In this document: positions 27,271 through 37,037 of the stretch, piece after piece
Position numbering within the stretch: position 1 is the stretch's first letter
Layout: each line of letters opens with the position of its first letter
Assembly: GCA_038842485.1 (NCBI GenBank)
Contig: JAWBSP010000011.1
Location: 1-40,804 of the forward strand
DNA: 40,804 bases
Source of the DNA: Candidatus Hadarchaeales archaeon
Lineage (GTDB): Archaea; Hadarchaeota; Hadarchaeia; Hadarchaeales; JAWBSP01
Reading direction: 5' to 3'
Position numbers and translations under genes: made by a program
Notes under the pieces: model-generated
The model's database searches: none
The model's input: the letters and a program-made list of their open reading frames with translations, nothing else
Told to the model about the DNA's origin: nothing

Positions 27271-28196
27271 ACAAATTCAAGCCAGGAAAGATATTTCTCC
27301 ACCCTCCCCCTGACGGTGTCGAAGTAGATTTTCTGAATTCTGCGGGTGATTTTCCACTCACCCGTTCCAATCCTCCTTCCCTCGATTTCCCTGATGGGGG
27401 TAACCTCTGCAGCCGTTCCCGTGAAGAAGGCCTCATCGGCCTGCATAACCTCCTCCACGGTCAGGTTCCTCTCCTCGACCGGGATCCCTTCATCCGCCGC
27501 AATCCTCATGACGGAGTCCCTGGTGATTCCCGGAAGCACCCCTGCTGAGATCGGTGGAGTGAGGAGCCTGCCCCCCTTCACGATAAAGAGATTCTCCCCG
27601 GGTCCCTCTGCCACTTTTCCTTCCGTGTTCAGCAAGATGGCCTCTTGGAAGCCCTCCTTCAGCGCCTCAACCTTGGCTAGGATGGAATTGGCGTAGTTGG
27701 CCACCAACTTGGCTTGGGGTGGGAGGGTTCTGGGGTCTATTCTCCTCCACCCAGAGATCTTCACCCTTACCCCCTCCCTCAGCCCCTCCTCGCCGAGGTA
27801 GGTACCCCACGGCCAAACGGCGATGGCCACCTGCACTGGGGCTCCTTCGGGGTTCAGCCCCATCACCCCGTACCCATAGAAGGCGATGGGCCTGATGTAA
27901 CATTCGTTCAGTTCGTTGGCTCTTATAAGATCTTTGGTTGCCCTCACCAGCTCCTCGGGGGTGTAGGGGAGCTTCATGCCTACAAGCGAGGCCGAATTCT
28001 CCAGTCTCTTCATGTGATCCGTGAGCCTGAACACGGCCGCCCCCCTGCTGGTGTTGTAACACCTTATCCCCTCGAACACTCCAAAACCGTAGTGCAGGGT
28101 GTGGGTGAGAACGTGTATTTGGGCCTTCTCCCAGGCTACTAGCTGTCCATCCATCCAGATGAACCTGACTGGAGTGAGCGAAGGTGTCTTCTTCAT
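27267..28196 (-). CDS. ilvE: Branched-chain amino acid aminotransferase
   Basis: LHYG.GVFEG, YIRP, AK..ANY, EGPGEN, GITR and GTAAE motifs. Confidence 0.97.
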   Translation of the reverse strand: MKKTPSLTPVRFIWMDGQLVAWEKAQIHVLTHTLHYGFGVFEGIRCYNTSRGAAVFRLTDHMKRLENSASLVGMKLPYTPEELVRATKDLIRANELNECYIRPIAFYGYGVMGLNPEGAPVQVAIAVWPWGTYLGEEGLREGVRVKISGWRRIDPRTLPPQAKLVANYANSILAKVEALKEGFQEAILLNTEGKVAEGPGENLFIVKGGRLLTPPISAGVLPGITRDSVMRIAADEGIPVEERNLTVEEVMQADEAFFTGTAAEVTPIREIEGRRIGTGEWKITRRIQKIYFDTVRGRVEKYLSWLEFV

Positions 28197-28753
28197 TCGA
28201 GTTTTTCCAGCGTGTTCTTTAACTCTTGAACGTGCTGGGGTAGGGCCTGAGGGTCCAACCCACGCTCTAGGTATTCGGAGAACCTCTCCCTCGCCTGGCT
28301 GGCGTACTCCGCCACGTGCTCTCCACTGATTCTTTCCGGGGGAGGCAGAACCTCAGGGTCGTGGGGGATGCTCAGTCCAGCGTCCAGAGCTCCCTTCAAA
28401 GCCGCGAAGATTCTCGAGCCCTTGGTGGGAGAATGCAGTCCGAGGTCTAGCACCGTTTCTTTTACCCCCGCTTTAAGCGCGCGCTTCCCGCAGAGGAGTC
28501 CCGTCAGGTAGGCGGCAGGGGTATTGGCCCCCCCTTTCCAGCCGAATTTTCTGAGCTCTTTGGAATCGGCGGAGGCCAGCACGATGTCTCCTTTCGGGTC
28601 GAATTTAATAATCTGGCAGATTATCCGCCTGTTGGTTAGCCTCACCACCAACCTGGGCTTTCCAGACAGGCACAGCCGGAGTCTTTTCCGGTAGTCGGTT
28701 TTCCCCTCCCTCCTGCGCCTGAAAGGAACTCTATACCTGGGTCCGAACTTCAC
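28193..28753 (-). CDS. rpl18: 50S ribosomal protein uL18
   Basis: [21 protein letters not shown] and GALDAGL motifs. Confidence 0.97.
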   Translation of the reverse strand: MKFGPRYRVPFRRRREGKTDYRKRLRLCLSGKPRLVVRLTNRRIICQIIKFDPKGDIVLASADSKELRKFGWKGGANTPAAYLTGLLCGKRALKAGVKETVLDLGLHSPTKGSRIFAALKGALDAGLSIPHDPEVLPPPERISGEHVAEYASQARERFSEYLERGLDPQALPQHVQELKNTLEKLE

Positions 28754-29163
28754 TTCAGCACCCCCTCCTTCTTGAGGTAGAGGGCAAGGTGTCCCCTGTC
28801 TCTGAAGTACCCTCCTTTGACCATCCTGTAGAGTCTTCTGTATTGGCGTGAGTCCAGTACCCTCTTCTCCCTCAGCTCCTTAAGCATTTTCCTCAGGGCT
28901 CTGACTTTCCTCATCCACTTCAGCTTCTCACGCTCGGCCGGCCCCTCCCTGCTACCAGGCCCTCTTCTCCTCTTTTGAAATCTTCCTCTCGAGGTTCCTC
29001 TTTCAGGCTTCGCCCGGATGAACCTCTTTTTTATCAACTTCCTTATGTCCTCCTTGGAAATGGCTAGAGAAATCTCCTCAGTTCTGGAGGGATCCATCCA
29101 AATCCGGTTCTCCCCAACCTTGAGGATCTCCGCGGCGAGTCTACGTTGGGTGCGTAGTTTCAT
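28750..29163 (-). CDS. rpl19e: 50S ribosomal protein eL19
   Basis: QRRLAA.IL.VG..RIW.DP, GPGSR.G and YR.LY..KGG.F motifs. Confidence 0.97.
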   Translation of the reverse strand: MKLRTQRRLAAEILKVGENRIWMDPSRTEEISLAISKEDIRKLIKKRFIRAKPERGTSRGRFQKRRRGPGSREGPAEREKLKWMRKVRALRKMLKELREKRVLDSRQYRRLYRMVKGGYFRDRGHLALYLKKEGVLK

Positions 29164-29504
29164 GGGTTGAGGACCTTTATTCCTCTCTCTTTCGCTAGGA
29201 GCAACAACCTTTCTCTTTTTCTCCTTCCCAGCTTAGAGGAGAGGCGGATCGCCTGTTTTGAGGGATTCAAGCCTTCTATCTCTCTGGGATCTCTGACCAG
29301 CACCTCTCTGAGACCAGAGGGGTGAAGCCCTCTGAGCACCTTGGGCTGGCGGTACCCGATCTTTACCCTCGCCGGTTTCCCCTTCTTGCCGAGTCTCATT
29401 TTGCTGTCGATTCCTCTAGGCTTTCTCCAGCCCTCCCTGAGCGCCCTGTGCCTCCACCACTCTTGCCTCCTGAATTTCGGGAGCTTTCTCTTGCTCGGCT
29501 TCAT
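29160..29504 (-). CDS. rpl32e: 50S ribosomal protein eL32
   Basis: P.F.RQ, WRKPRG.DSK.R, GLHPSG and VLNP motifs. Confidence 0.97.
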   Translation of the reverse strand: MKPSKRKLPKFRRQEWWRHRALREGWRKPRGIDSKMRLGKKGKPARVKIGYRQPKVLRGLHPSGLREVLVRDPREIEGLNPSKQAIRLSSKLGRRKRERLLLLAKERGIKVLNP

Positions 29505-30013
29505 GTTATCCGATAGATTCCGTCTTGGAACACCCTGGGATCCTTGCGTTTGATGCGCGTGGCTTTCTCCAAGTTCCAGGCGGTTTGCCCCACCTCATAC
29601 TTGTCCACTCCCTCCACTATCACTTCATCCCCTTCCACTCTCACTTGGGTATTCCCTAAAATTTTGGCAACTCTTGGAGATTTTTCTCCCAGAAAGTTTT
29701 TGATCAAGATGGTTCCATTCTCCACCTTAACCTCTATGGGAAAATGGGAGTAGACGATTTTCAGTCTCTGGGTCCAGCCCTGCGTCACCCCCTTGAAGGC
29801 GTTCCGAAGATGGGCGCGGATGGTTCCTATCATGGCTTTCTCCTTCCTTCTACTGGTGGCACTTCTGATGATGATACTTCTCCCTTCCACCCCCAAGCTC
29901 ACGCCGGGGAAATCGAAGGTTTTGACAAGGCTTCCCCTAGGCCCCTCTATTTTAACTACCTTCCCCTCTAGGGATAGCTTGACGGATTCTGGAATCTCGA
30001 TTCTCTCTTCCAT
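29501..30013 (-). CDS. rpl6: 50S ribosomal protein uL6
   Basis: YSHFP, NFLGE and DPRVFQDGIY motifs. Confidence 0.97.
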   Translation of the reverse strand: MEERIEIPESVKLSLEGKVVKIEGPRGSLVKTFDFPGVSLGVEGRSIIIRSATSRRKEKAMIGTIRAHLRNAFKGVTQGWTQRLKIVYSHFPIEVKVENGTILIKNFLGEKSPRVAKILGNTQVRVEGDEVIVEGVDKYEVGQTAWNLEKATRIKRKDPRVFQDGIYRIT

Positions 30014-30014
30014 T

Positions 30015-30404
30015 TCACCACACGTAGGCGATCAATTTCCCTCCGAGTCCTCTCTCCCTAGCCTGTGCGTTGTTCATGAGTCCCTGGGGGGTGGAAAGGA
30101 TAATCATTCCCACACCAGCGGCCGGCAGGTACCTCTTCTCCCACTTCTCGAGTTCCGTATGTTTCACGGAGAATCTTGGTTTTATGACCCCGCAGTCGTT
30201 TATTTTTCCAATCAGTTTTATCTTAAACTTTCCACCCCTTCCCTCCTCTATCCTCTCAAATCCCCCGATGTATCCCTTGTGGAGCATGAGTTCTAGGATG
30301 TTTTGTAGGAGCTTAGAGGCCGGTCCCACCTCCACCTCGGTCTTTCTCGCTCTTTCATAGTTCTTCACTTTGGAGAGGGCATCGGCTAGGGGATCGTGCT
30401 GCAT
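30015..30404 (-). CDS. rps8: 30S ribosomal protein uS8
   Basis: DPLADAL, GYIG, IKPRF and GGKLIAYV motifs. Confidence 0.97.
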   Translation of the reverse strand: MQHDPLADALSKVKNYERARKTEVEVGPASKLLQNILELMLHKGYIGGFERIEEGRGGKFKIKLIGKINDCGVIKPRFSVKHTELEKWEKRYLPAAGVGMIILSTPQGLMNNAQARERGLGGKLIAYVW

Positions 30405-30405
30405 A

Positions 30406-30549
30406 TCAGTACTTTCTGAACCCCATTTTGGGGGCCATCTCCCTGAAGCACCTCCTACACAGGTAGAGATCGAACTGAGTATAAACGGGCCCTACCCTGC
30501 CGCATCTCCTGCAGGGGTGCGCTCCCTTACCAAAGAGTCTCTTGCTCAT
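30406..30549 (-). CDS. rps14: 30S ribosomal protein uS14 (47 aa, missing from the ORF track)
   Basis: Manual translation [47 protein letters not shown]; lies between rpl5 and rps8. Confidence 0.96.
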   Translation of the reverse strand: MSKRLFGKGAHPCRRCGRVGPVYTQFDLYLCRRCFREMAPKMGFRKY

Positions 30550-31055
30550 TAGACAATTTCTACTCCAAAGTTATTCTTTACCCATTCCAGCGCGTCCTCA
30601 GCGGTGACCATGTGTCTTTTGGGAACTCTCCTCCTCGCTCTCCTCCTGCGCATAACCCTGTACCCCCTCCTCCGTAGCGAGACGCAGACATCCATGCCGA
30701 AAACTCCCAATTCTGGATCATATTTGACACCGGGGATGTCGATCTGCTCCCGGATACCAAACGAAAAATTGCCGTGTGAGTCGAAGGAGGATTTCTTCAG
30801 CTTGTTGTCCACGGCCTTGAGTAAGAGCCCTAGGAGTTTCATCCCCCTCTCGCCTCTAACGGTTACCATGCAACCTATGGGTTCTCCTTTGTGTATCCTC
30901 CACTCCCTGATGGTTTTTTTTGCCAGGGTACGTTTCGGCTTCATGCCTGAAATCTGGGTGAGAACCTTTTCAGCCTTCTCAAGCTTTTCACCGCTTTCCC
31001 CGACCCCAATGTTGATTACCACCTTATCCAGCAGTACTTGGCGCATCGGGTTCAT
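30549..31055 (-). CDS. rpl5: 50S ribosomal protein uL5
   Basis: [20 protein letters not shown] and YDP..G.FGMD motifs. Confidence 0.97.
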   Translation of the reverse strand: MNPMRQVLLDKVVINIGVGESGEKLEKAEKVLTQISGMKPKRTLAKKTIREWRIHKGEPIGCMVTVRGERGMKLLGLLLKAVDNKLKKSSFDSHGNFSFGIREQIDIPGVKYDPELGVFGMDVCVSLRRRGYRVMRRRRARRRVPKRHMVTAEDALEWVKNNFGVEIV

Positions 31056-31768
31056 GGCAGGGAGATGAGGGGTTCCTTTTCTCCGATCAGAAAGAGGTAG
31101 GGTATTTGAGTTTCTATTTTCTCACCGTCCGTCTCCAGCACGGCCGTGTTGGGTTGAATGCTCTTCAGCTCCTTTATCTCCACGATTCTTCCCGTTTTTC
31201 CAACGTTCTTTCCACCGACGATGAGCGCAAGGCAGCCCACTCTGAAGGGTATCCTTTCGAGTACCTCTTGGCCGGGGAGAGAAATTTTAACCACCTCTCT
31301 GACGCGGAAATCGTTGGAGGCTAACAAGTTTCTGCCGTCGTGCAGGCCAAGCTGAACCCTGCCTCCTCGGATTACCTTTTTGGTTTCCACCCTGCAGAGC
31401 TTGAAGCCGGCTTCGTGGGCCCCGATGGGGTGGGGAAAGAGCCTTCCGAGGGTGTTGGGGAGGATCCTGAAGTGCTGTCCAGTAGCTGGGAGGGAGAGCA
31501 CATCCATGAGACCCACTGGGAACTTGGGCTCTCTGATAGGTCTGCCATCTACGAACACTTTCCCTTCCTTTATGATTTTCGAGACCTCTTTCAGCGAGCA
31601 ACCCACCTGCAAGTAGTCCCTCAGCAGGATCCCGAGCGGGATGCTTCGATCTAGTGGGTGGGGACCTGGCATCGCCTTCACGGTCCACACCTTCTCCTTT
31701 CTAGGTAGTTTGAGTACTCTCGGTGCGGCATGCCTTTTCAGATGCCTGCTTCCGCCCATCCGCGCCAT
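31052..31768 (-). CDS. rps4e: 30S ribosomal protein eS4
   Basis: HLKR.AAP, PGPH, PVGLMDV and LHDGRN motifs. Confidence 0.97.
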   Translation of the reverse strand: MARMGGSRHLKRHAAPRVLKLPRKEKVWTVKAMPGPHPLDRSIPLGILLRDYLQVGCSLKEVSKIIKEGKVFVDGRPIREPKFPVGLMDVLSLPATGQHFRILPNTLGRLFPHPIGAHEAGFKLCRVETKKVIRGGRVQLGLHDGRNLLASNDFRVREVVKISLPGQEVLERIPFRVGCLALIVGGKNVGKTGRIVEIKELKSIQPNTAVLETDGEKIETQIPYLFLIGEKEPLISLP

Positions 31769-31787
31769 CTGGGGATGGTCGCCTTTT

Positions 31788-32300
31788 CTAAAAACCTTTC
31801 CTGAGCGCTTCGATCTCCTTGTGCAGCGATTCTAGTCTCCTGATGGAAGCGTGGTTCTCTCCCAGCTCCGATTTGAAACTTTCTAAAACTCGCTCGAAGG
31901 GGACGACCTCTTTACCCATCACCAGCTTGTCTGCGTAGGTCACGATCTTCTCCTCTAGGGTGCGTGGGAGAAAGTTTCTCGGGGGTAGCCCTAGCTCCAC
32001 CGCTTCTTCCGCAGGTATCCCGGCACCCAGATGGTTCTCAGCAAAAGAGGAAAATCTTTCCGCCCCCATCTCCCTCAGAATTCTGCCCCCCTCCACTCCA
32101 TGGAGTATCCCGTGGGTTTTGGCCCTGCCCACATCGTGAAGGAGGCTACCGATACTTACGGTTTCCAAGTCAACCTTCCTGAAACGGGAGATCTCCTGGG
32201 CAAGTTTCATGGCTTCCCGTTCTACCGCCAAGCAGTGCTCAATTACTTCCTTTGGGCAGCCAGCTCTCCTCAGAATCTCTAGGGCTTCTTCACGACGCAA
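31788..32300 (-). CDS. HD/HDIG-domain metal-dependent hydrolase
   Basis: IEHC, LLHDVG, HG..G, HLGAG and EEKIV.YAD motifs. Confidence 0.92.
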   Translation of the reverse strand: MRREEALEILRRAGCPKEVIEHCLAVEREAMKLAQEISRFRKVDLETVSIGSLLHDVGRAKTHGILHGVEGGRILREMGAERFSSFAENHLGAGIPAEEAVELGLPPRNFLPRTLEEKIVTYADKLVMGKEVVPFERVLESFKSELGENHASIRRLESLHKEIEALRKGF

Positions 32301-32850
32301 GATTGGAACCAGATTTTGAAACTTGGCTTTCCAGCGATTTGATGGTCTCCTCTAGGCTCCGGACGAGGGGAGAGTTGTCGTAGTGTTCCAACCTCTCGCC
32401 ACAGGTTGGGCAGGTAAAATCTAGTTCCAAAGCTCTGTCCATGGGGATTTTTGGGCATTTGTTAGGGCACCTAAAGAAGATATTGTTCCTCTCGTACTCC
32501 AGTCTTTCCTTCAGCTTTTCCAGCATTTGCCTGTGGTGTGTTTCCAGATACTCCGCCGCTCTCTCTGGCTCCAGATACCAGTAGTAGACATACCATCCTG
32601 TCCCGTCGTCCCTAGTCCTCCTGTAGTTTACAAGCCTCCTCTCGTAGAGATCGTAGAGAATCCTTCTAACCACGTTCACCTTCAGCCCGGTGATCCTGGC
32701 CAGTCCCTCATCAGTGAGCTCTTTTCCGATGAGAGATGAGATAACCACGTGCCCATGGTCGCCTGAGACCATGTCTATCAGCTCCTTCATCCGCCCGTCA
32801 CCGGTGGAGGGAAGTTTTTGGGTTTTTCTCCCAGTTTCCCGTTTCTTCAA
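32290..32850 (-). CDS. tfe: Transcription factor E alpha
   Basis: TDE.LA..TG.KVN.VRRILY.L, GWYVYYW and zinc ribbon CPNKC..F.CPTCG. Start is either TTG 32850 (GGAGG RBS) or ATG 32790. Confidence 0.94.
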   Translation of the reverse strand: MKKRETGRKTQKLPSTGDGRMKELIDMVSGDHGHVVISSLIGKELTDEGLARITGLKVNVVRRILYDLYERRLVNYRRTRDDGTGWYVYYWYLEPERAAEYLETHHRQMLEKLKERLEYERNNIFFRCPNKCPKIPMDRALELDFTCPTCGERLEHYDNSPLVRSLEETIKSLESQVSKSGSNLAS

Positions 32851-32987
32851 GCAGGATACCTCCTGGAATACTCGAATAATATATGAAGATATTCCAATAA
32901 AAAGCTTTCTGAGAGGGAAACTAAAGCGAGAAAAACACCTTGAAAAGGCCCTTGTTCCCCGAACCGACAAAAATGGAGGAAGAAGTT

Positions 32988-33068
32988 CACGGACGTTCGA
33001 TCTTCGGAATCCCCCTGTTTTTGTTTGAAAATCTGGCTTGAAGGTAGAGGGCATTGCGAACGTTCGCA
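32988..33068. repeat. Dispersed unit of the TGCGAACGTTCGCA array (degenerate palindrome, spacer, perfect palindrome)
   Basis: Perfect copy at 33055-33068 and degenerate core CGGACGTTCG at 32990-32999. The spacer shares CCC..TGTTTT..GAAAATCTGG..GGTAG..GGCAT with spacers of the main array. Confidence 0.85.
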
Positions 33069-33145
33069 TGTTTGGTTAATCTGGGGTTCGAGAGTTTCAG
33101 TCCCCGAGCATGGTGCGGTAGTTGAAATAGGAAGAGGAAAGGTGA

Positions 33146-34120
33146 ATGGGGTTGGAGAACTACCTCTCCAGAACCAACCTTCTGCTGAGGAGGAGCATGG
33201 GGAAGTTCTTGTCTGGCATCAAACCCATGGAATTGAGGGAATCCATGGCTCACCTTCTCATGGCGGGGGGAAAGAGACTCAGGCCCTGTCTTCTCCTGCT
33301 CTCCTGCGAGGCCGTGGGAGGAAGGATGGAAGATGCTAGGGAGGCAGCGGTGGCTGTCGAGTTCCTGCACACCTTCACTCTGATACATGATGACATCATG
33401 GACGGTTCCGCTAGGCGAAGGGGGGTTCCAACCGTTCATACCATCTGGGGAAGGGATTTGGCGATAACAGCCGGGGACGCCCTCTGTGCCAAGGCTTTCG
33501 AGGCTCTTGATTGCAACGCTAGCAGAGTTGGTTTGAGTGATGAGAGATTTTCAAATCTGCTTCACACCTTTGCGCGGGCGACCTTCGATGTATGTATGGG
33601 CCAAGCACTGGATCTTGTGCTGGGGAAAAAACCCATGAGGAAGAAGGATTATTTCGAGCTGGTTAGGCTTAAAACCGGTTCCCTTTTTAGGGCCTCAGCC
33701 AAGGCTGGTGCCATACTAGGCGGGGGAAAGATGGAGGAGGTTGAGGCTTTGGGGGAGTATGCTCTGTGGCTTGGGGTGGCATTTCAGATTCGGGACGACG
33801 TTTTGGATCTCGTGGGAGGGAAGGAATTTGGGAAGGAGAAGTGGCGGGACCTCAAAGAGGGGAAGATGACCCTTCCCATTCTCTTGGCCATTGAGTTAGG
33901 AGCCCGCGAGCTGACCAGCATGCTTAGAGGGGGGATAAGGGGGAATCAGATAGAGGAGGCGGTTCGAATGGTTGAGAGTACCGGGGCTATTGAGGCCGCG
34001 AGGAGGATCGCCTTGCAATTTTCGAGGAGGGCCGTTTCTTACCTTGGTAGAATCCGAGACTCCGAGGCCAAGCAGGCCCTGAAGGAGATGGCAACTTTTG
34101 TGGTTGAGCGGAGGGAGTAA
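33146..34120 (+). CDS. idsA: Polyprenyl (geranylgeranyl) diphosphate synthase
   Basis: GGKRLRP, FTLIHDDIMD..RRG, GQALD, KTG, FQIRDD and DLKEGK motifs. Confidence 0.95.
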   Translation: MGLENYLSRTNLLLRRSMGKFLSGIKPMELRESMAHLLMAGGKRLRPCLLLLSCEAVGGRMEDAREAAVAVEFLHTFTLIHDDIMDGSARRRGVPTVHTIWGRDLAITAGDALCAKAFEALDCNASRVGLSDERFSNLLHTFARATFDVCMGQALDLVLGKKPMRKKDYFELVRLKTGSLFRASAKAGAILGGGKMEEVEALGEYALWLGVAFQIRDDVLDLVGGKEFGKEKWRDLKEGKMTLPILLAIELGARELTSMLRGGIRGNQIEEAVRMVESTGAIEAARRIALQFSRRAVSYLGRIRDSEAKQALKEMATFVVERRE

Positions 34121-34121
34121 G

Positions 34122-35174
34122 CTAGTGGAGAAGCTTCTGTCTGATGGTTTCCATTAGTGCCTCCAGGTTTTCCCCACGTGCTGCAGAGATGGGTACGAAG
34201 GTGTAGGGGGAGTGGTTGAGGAAATCAATCCTAGTCTTGAGCTCCTCGGGGGAGAGGAGGTCTATTTTATTCAGCGCTATAATGATTTTCACACCGTACC
34301 TAGAGAGGATTTCCAAGCAGCTCTTCGCCTTCCTGCAGAGTTCCGGGAGAGGGTCGGAACAGTCGAGAACCAGCACCACCAGATCCGAGAGGTAAATCTC
34401 CTCGAGGGTAGCCTTGAAGGCCTCCACCATCCAAGGTGGGAGGTCCTCAATGAATCCCACGGTATCGGTCAGGAGCAGGTTCGGTGCGGCTTTTATGGCT
34501 CTCGTTCTGGTGGTGAGGGTCGTGAACATCATGTTGTCCACCTCCGCCCTCGCATGGGTTAATGCGTTGAGAAGCGTCGACTTTCCGGCGTTGGTGTAAC
34601 CCGCGAGCGTGACGAGTCTGAAGCCCCTCCTTCTCCTCAGCTTTCTCTTCAGCTCCCTGCGCTTGGAGATGTCTGCCAGCTTCCTCTTCAGGTAGGTGAG
34701 CCTCCGCCTGATGGTGTCGTAGTATATGTTGACCTCGTACTCCCCCCTGCCCATCCTCCCAGGCTGCTCGGTGGAAAGGAGCTGCCTCACCCTCTCCCTC
34801 GCCCTCGGTAGCTCGTACCTCAGCCTTGCGTACTCCACCTGCAGTTTGGCCTCCGGAGTGCCGGCCCTCATGGCGAAGATGTCTAGGATAAGTTGCAGTC
34901 TGTCGATTACCTCTACCCCGAACATCTGGGAGAGTCTGAAGGCCTGTGCGGCCGTGAGGGGGTTGCCGAAGATGACTTTCTGAACTCCAAGTTTCCTGAC
35001 CATTTCGGATACCTCTCTGGCTTTTCCCTCTCCGATTTGGTAGGCGGGATCCGGCTCCCTTATTTGCTCCACTTTTCCCTTCACCTCGTATCCTAGCGTT
35101 CTGGCGAGAGAGCAGAGCTCCTCCATTCTTGAGGGCTGACCGGGAGAGCGCCTCTCTACTAACAGAACCTTCAC
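34122..35174 (-). CDS. hflX: GTPase HflX
   Basis: IG.GK, EAKLQVE.ARL.Y, GYTNAGKST, DTVGF and NKID motifs. Confidence 0.97.
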   Translation of the reverse strand: MKVLLVERRSPGQPSRMEELCSLARTLGYEVKGKVEQIREPDPAYQIGEGKAREVSEMVRKLGVQKVIFGNPLTAAQAFRLSQMFGVEVIDRLQLILDIFAMRAGTPEAKLQVEYARLRYELPRARERVRQLLSTEQPGRMGRGEYEVNIYYDTIRRRLTYLKRKLADISKRRELKRKLRRRRGFRLVTLAGYTNAGKSTLLNALTHARAEVDNMMFTTLTTRTRAIKAAPNLLLTDTVGFIEDLPPWMVEAFKATLEEIYLSDLVVLVLDCSDPLPELCRKAKSCLEILSRYGVKIIIALNKIDLLSPEELKTRIDFLNHSPYTFVPISAARGENLEALMETIRQKLLH

Positions 35175-35207
35175 AAAATAGGTAAATCTTCCGACGTTAA
35201 TCTTTCC

Positions 35208-36896
35208 ATGAGGTATGGGACGGTTGTGGTTTTTCTAATCCTCCTTCTCCCAACGGTGGAGGCGACGGGGTACTACTATAACTTTATCATTCAGGACTAC
35301 TGGATTCAGCCGGACAGGAGCGTGAGGCTCTCCCTTGATGTAAAGATCACCAATGAGGGTCCTCCCATCTCCGGGCTGATCTGGAAAATTCCGGGGAGGG
35401 TGGAAAGGATTCAGGCTTGGGACCGGGAGGGAGGGGAGCTGAGGGTCTCACCGGTACAGAGGGACAACTACACAGAGGTGGAGATTTCGTTCACCTCACC
35501 GATTCCCACACGTGGTCATGGTGGTTTTAGGCTCGACTGCACGGTAGAGGGGGCGGTGGAGGGTACGGGGCCAGAGTTCAGAGGAGGATTTGGGGGATTT
35601 GCCACGGAGAGGCGAGTGGAAAGTTACGTAGTGAGGGTCTGGGGCCCGCCCGGAACCAGACTTTTCCTCGCTTCCTCCCCTGCAAGGGCTTTTGAGAATT
35701 TTGCCGAGCTTGGAAGAACGCTCTCGGCGGGTGAGAGTTTTGAGGGAATCTATACAATTTTTTACCGCACTCCTCTTTCGTATGAGGTTTCTCTCTCGGA
35801 AACCCTGTCCAACCCGGGAGAAAGGGACAGCACCGTTCTGCTGGATGTTCTGCTGTTTCACCGTTCAGAATACCAGTTTGCCACACTTTGCACCTCCTCC
35901 CACCCCCTGAAGAGTTTGTACTTGGACGAGGAGAACAATTGGCACGCCAACATCGAGGTGAGGCTCAGACCGGGGGAAAGTGAGGAAATTCAATTGCAGC
36001 TTCTCTATATCACCGAAATGTACGTATGTCCAACTCCTCAAGCTGCAGGAAGGCTTGAGGAGATAGACGAATCGCTTGCCCGCTACCTCCAACCGGACAC
36101 TTGGTGGGAGGTGAACAATCCCTCCATCCAAGAGCTCGCCACTCAACTGGTTGGGAGGGAATCCGATGTGTATACCATAGCCTATCGGCTGCTTCAGGGA
36201 GTGGGCGGACTGATAACATACAGGGAGACGGAACTGAGGCAAGGGGCGCTAAAAACCCTCGCCCAGCGGACCGGGGACTGTGATGGGTACAGCGACTTGA
36301 CCATCGCACTGGCAAGGGCTAGCGGTCTCCCCGCCAGGCTCTGCACCGGCTGGGTTCCTAGGGAGAACGGCGGGTTCGGGGCACATGCTTGGGTGGAGAT
36401 CTACACGCCCGCTTTTGGCTGGCAGTCCGTCGATCCGACTTGGACAAAGGAAGGGAGGGAGTATATTTTCAAGTCTGAACCAACCAGATTGCAGAGGGCC
36501 GTTAGAGGCCTCTCCTCCTCTGATTCCTCCATTTCCATAGAGTATTTCGGTCCTTCCCCTACCATAAGCGAGGCTGTGGAAATTTCTGCGGTGGAAGATT
36601 CAGACATTCTGCCCATGCTGCTTCAGGCGTGTAGGCTCTCGCTCGAGATGGCGGGCAGGCTTGTGGGGCAGGAGAATCCGGTGCTCGCTGAGGCCAGGAA
36701 CCACTACAATCTCGCCGAGAACTTCAGTTCAGCCGAGCACGCCCGCCGGTCCCTTGAGTACTCCAGTCAGATTCTGGCGAATCTGGGGAGGAAGGCCCAG
36801 CTCGAGAGGGAGCTCCCCTTGCCCTCCTGGGTTATTATCCTAATTCTCGCGGTTGGCGGTGTCTTGACGGTCGGTACCCTCCTGCGAAGGAGATAA
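35208..36896 (+). CDS. Secreted, membrane-anchored transglutaminase-like protein
   Basis: Signal peptide; GDCDGYS, HAWVE and DPT catalytic-triad motifs; C-terminal TM helix followed by RRR. Confidence 0.9.
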   Translation: MRYGTVVVFLILLLPTVEATGYYYNFIIQDYWIQPDRSVRLSLDVKITNEGPPISGLIWKIPGRVERIQAWDREGGELRVSPVQRDNYTEVEISFTSPIPTRGHGGFRLDCTVEGAVEGTGPEFRGGFGGFATERRVESYVVRVWGPPGTRLFLASSPARAFENFAELGRTLSAGESFEGIYTIFYRTPLSYEVSLSETLSNPGERDSTVLLDVLLFHRSEYQFATLCTSSHPLKSLYLDEENNWHANIEVRLRPGESEEIQLQLLYITEMYVCPTPQAAGRLEEIDESLARYLQPDTWWEVNNPSIQELATQLVGRESDVYTIAYRLLQGVGGLITYRETELRQGALKTLAQRTGDCDGYSDLTIALARASGLPARLCTGWVPRENGGFGAHAWVEIYTPAFGWQSVDPTWTKEGREYIFKSEPTRLQRAVRGLSSSDSSISIEYFGPSPTISEAVEISAVEDSDILPMLLQACRLSLEMAGRLVGQENPVLAEARNHYNLAENFSSAEHARRSLEYSSQILANLGRKAQLERELPLPSWVIILILAVGGVLTVGTLLRRR

Positions 36897-36918
36897 ATTA
36901 AGTGTGTACAAAAAATTT

Positions 36919-36982
36919 TGGCACGGATGATGAACACCGACAATCGAAAGACATGAGAATTGATGGGCGATCTGACGTGCCA
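36919..36982 (+). ncRNA. Box C/D methylation guide sRNA
   Basis: 7-bp terminal stem TGGCACG/CGTGCCA enclosing box C ATGATGA (36927-36933) and box D CTGA (36972-36975); internal C'-like ATGAGA; 64 nt, intergenic. Confidence 0.75.
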
Positions 36983-37037
36983 TTCGATTCGAGTTTACGG
37001 TAACAAAAAAATCTTCACCCTGCTGGTTGAAAGAAAG

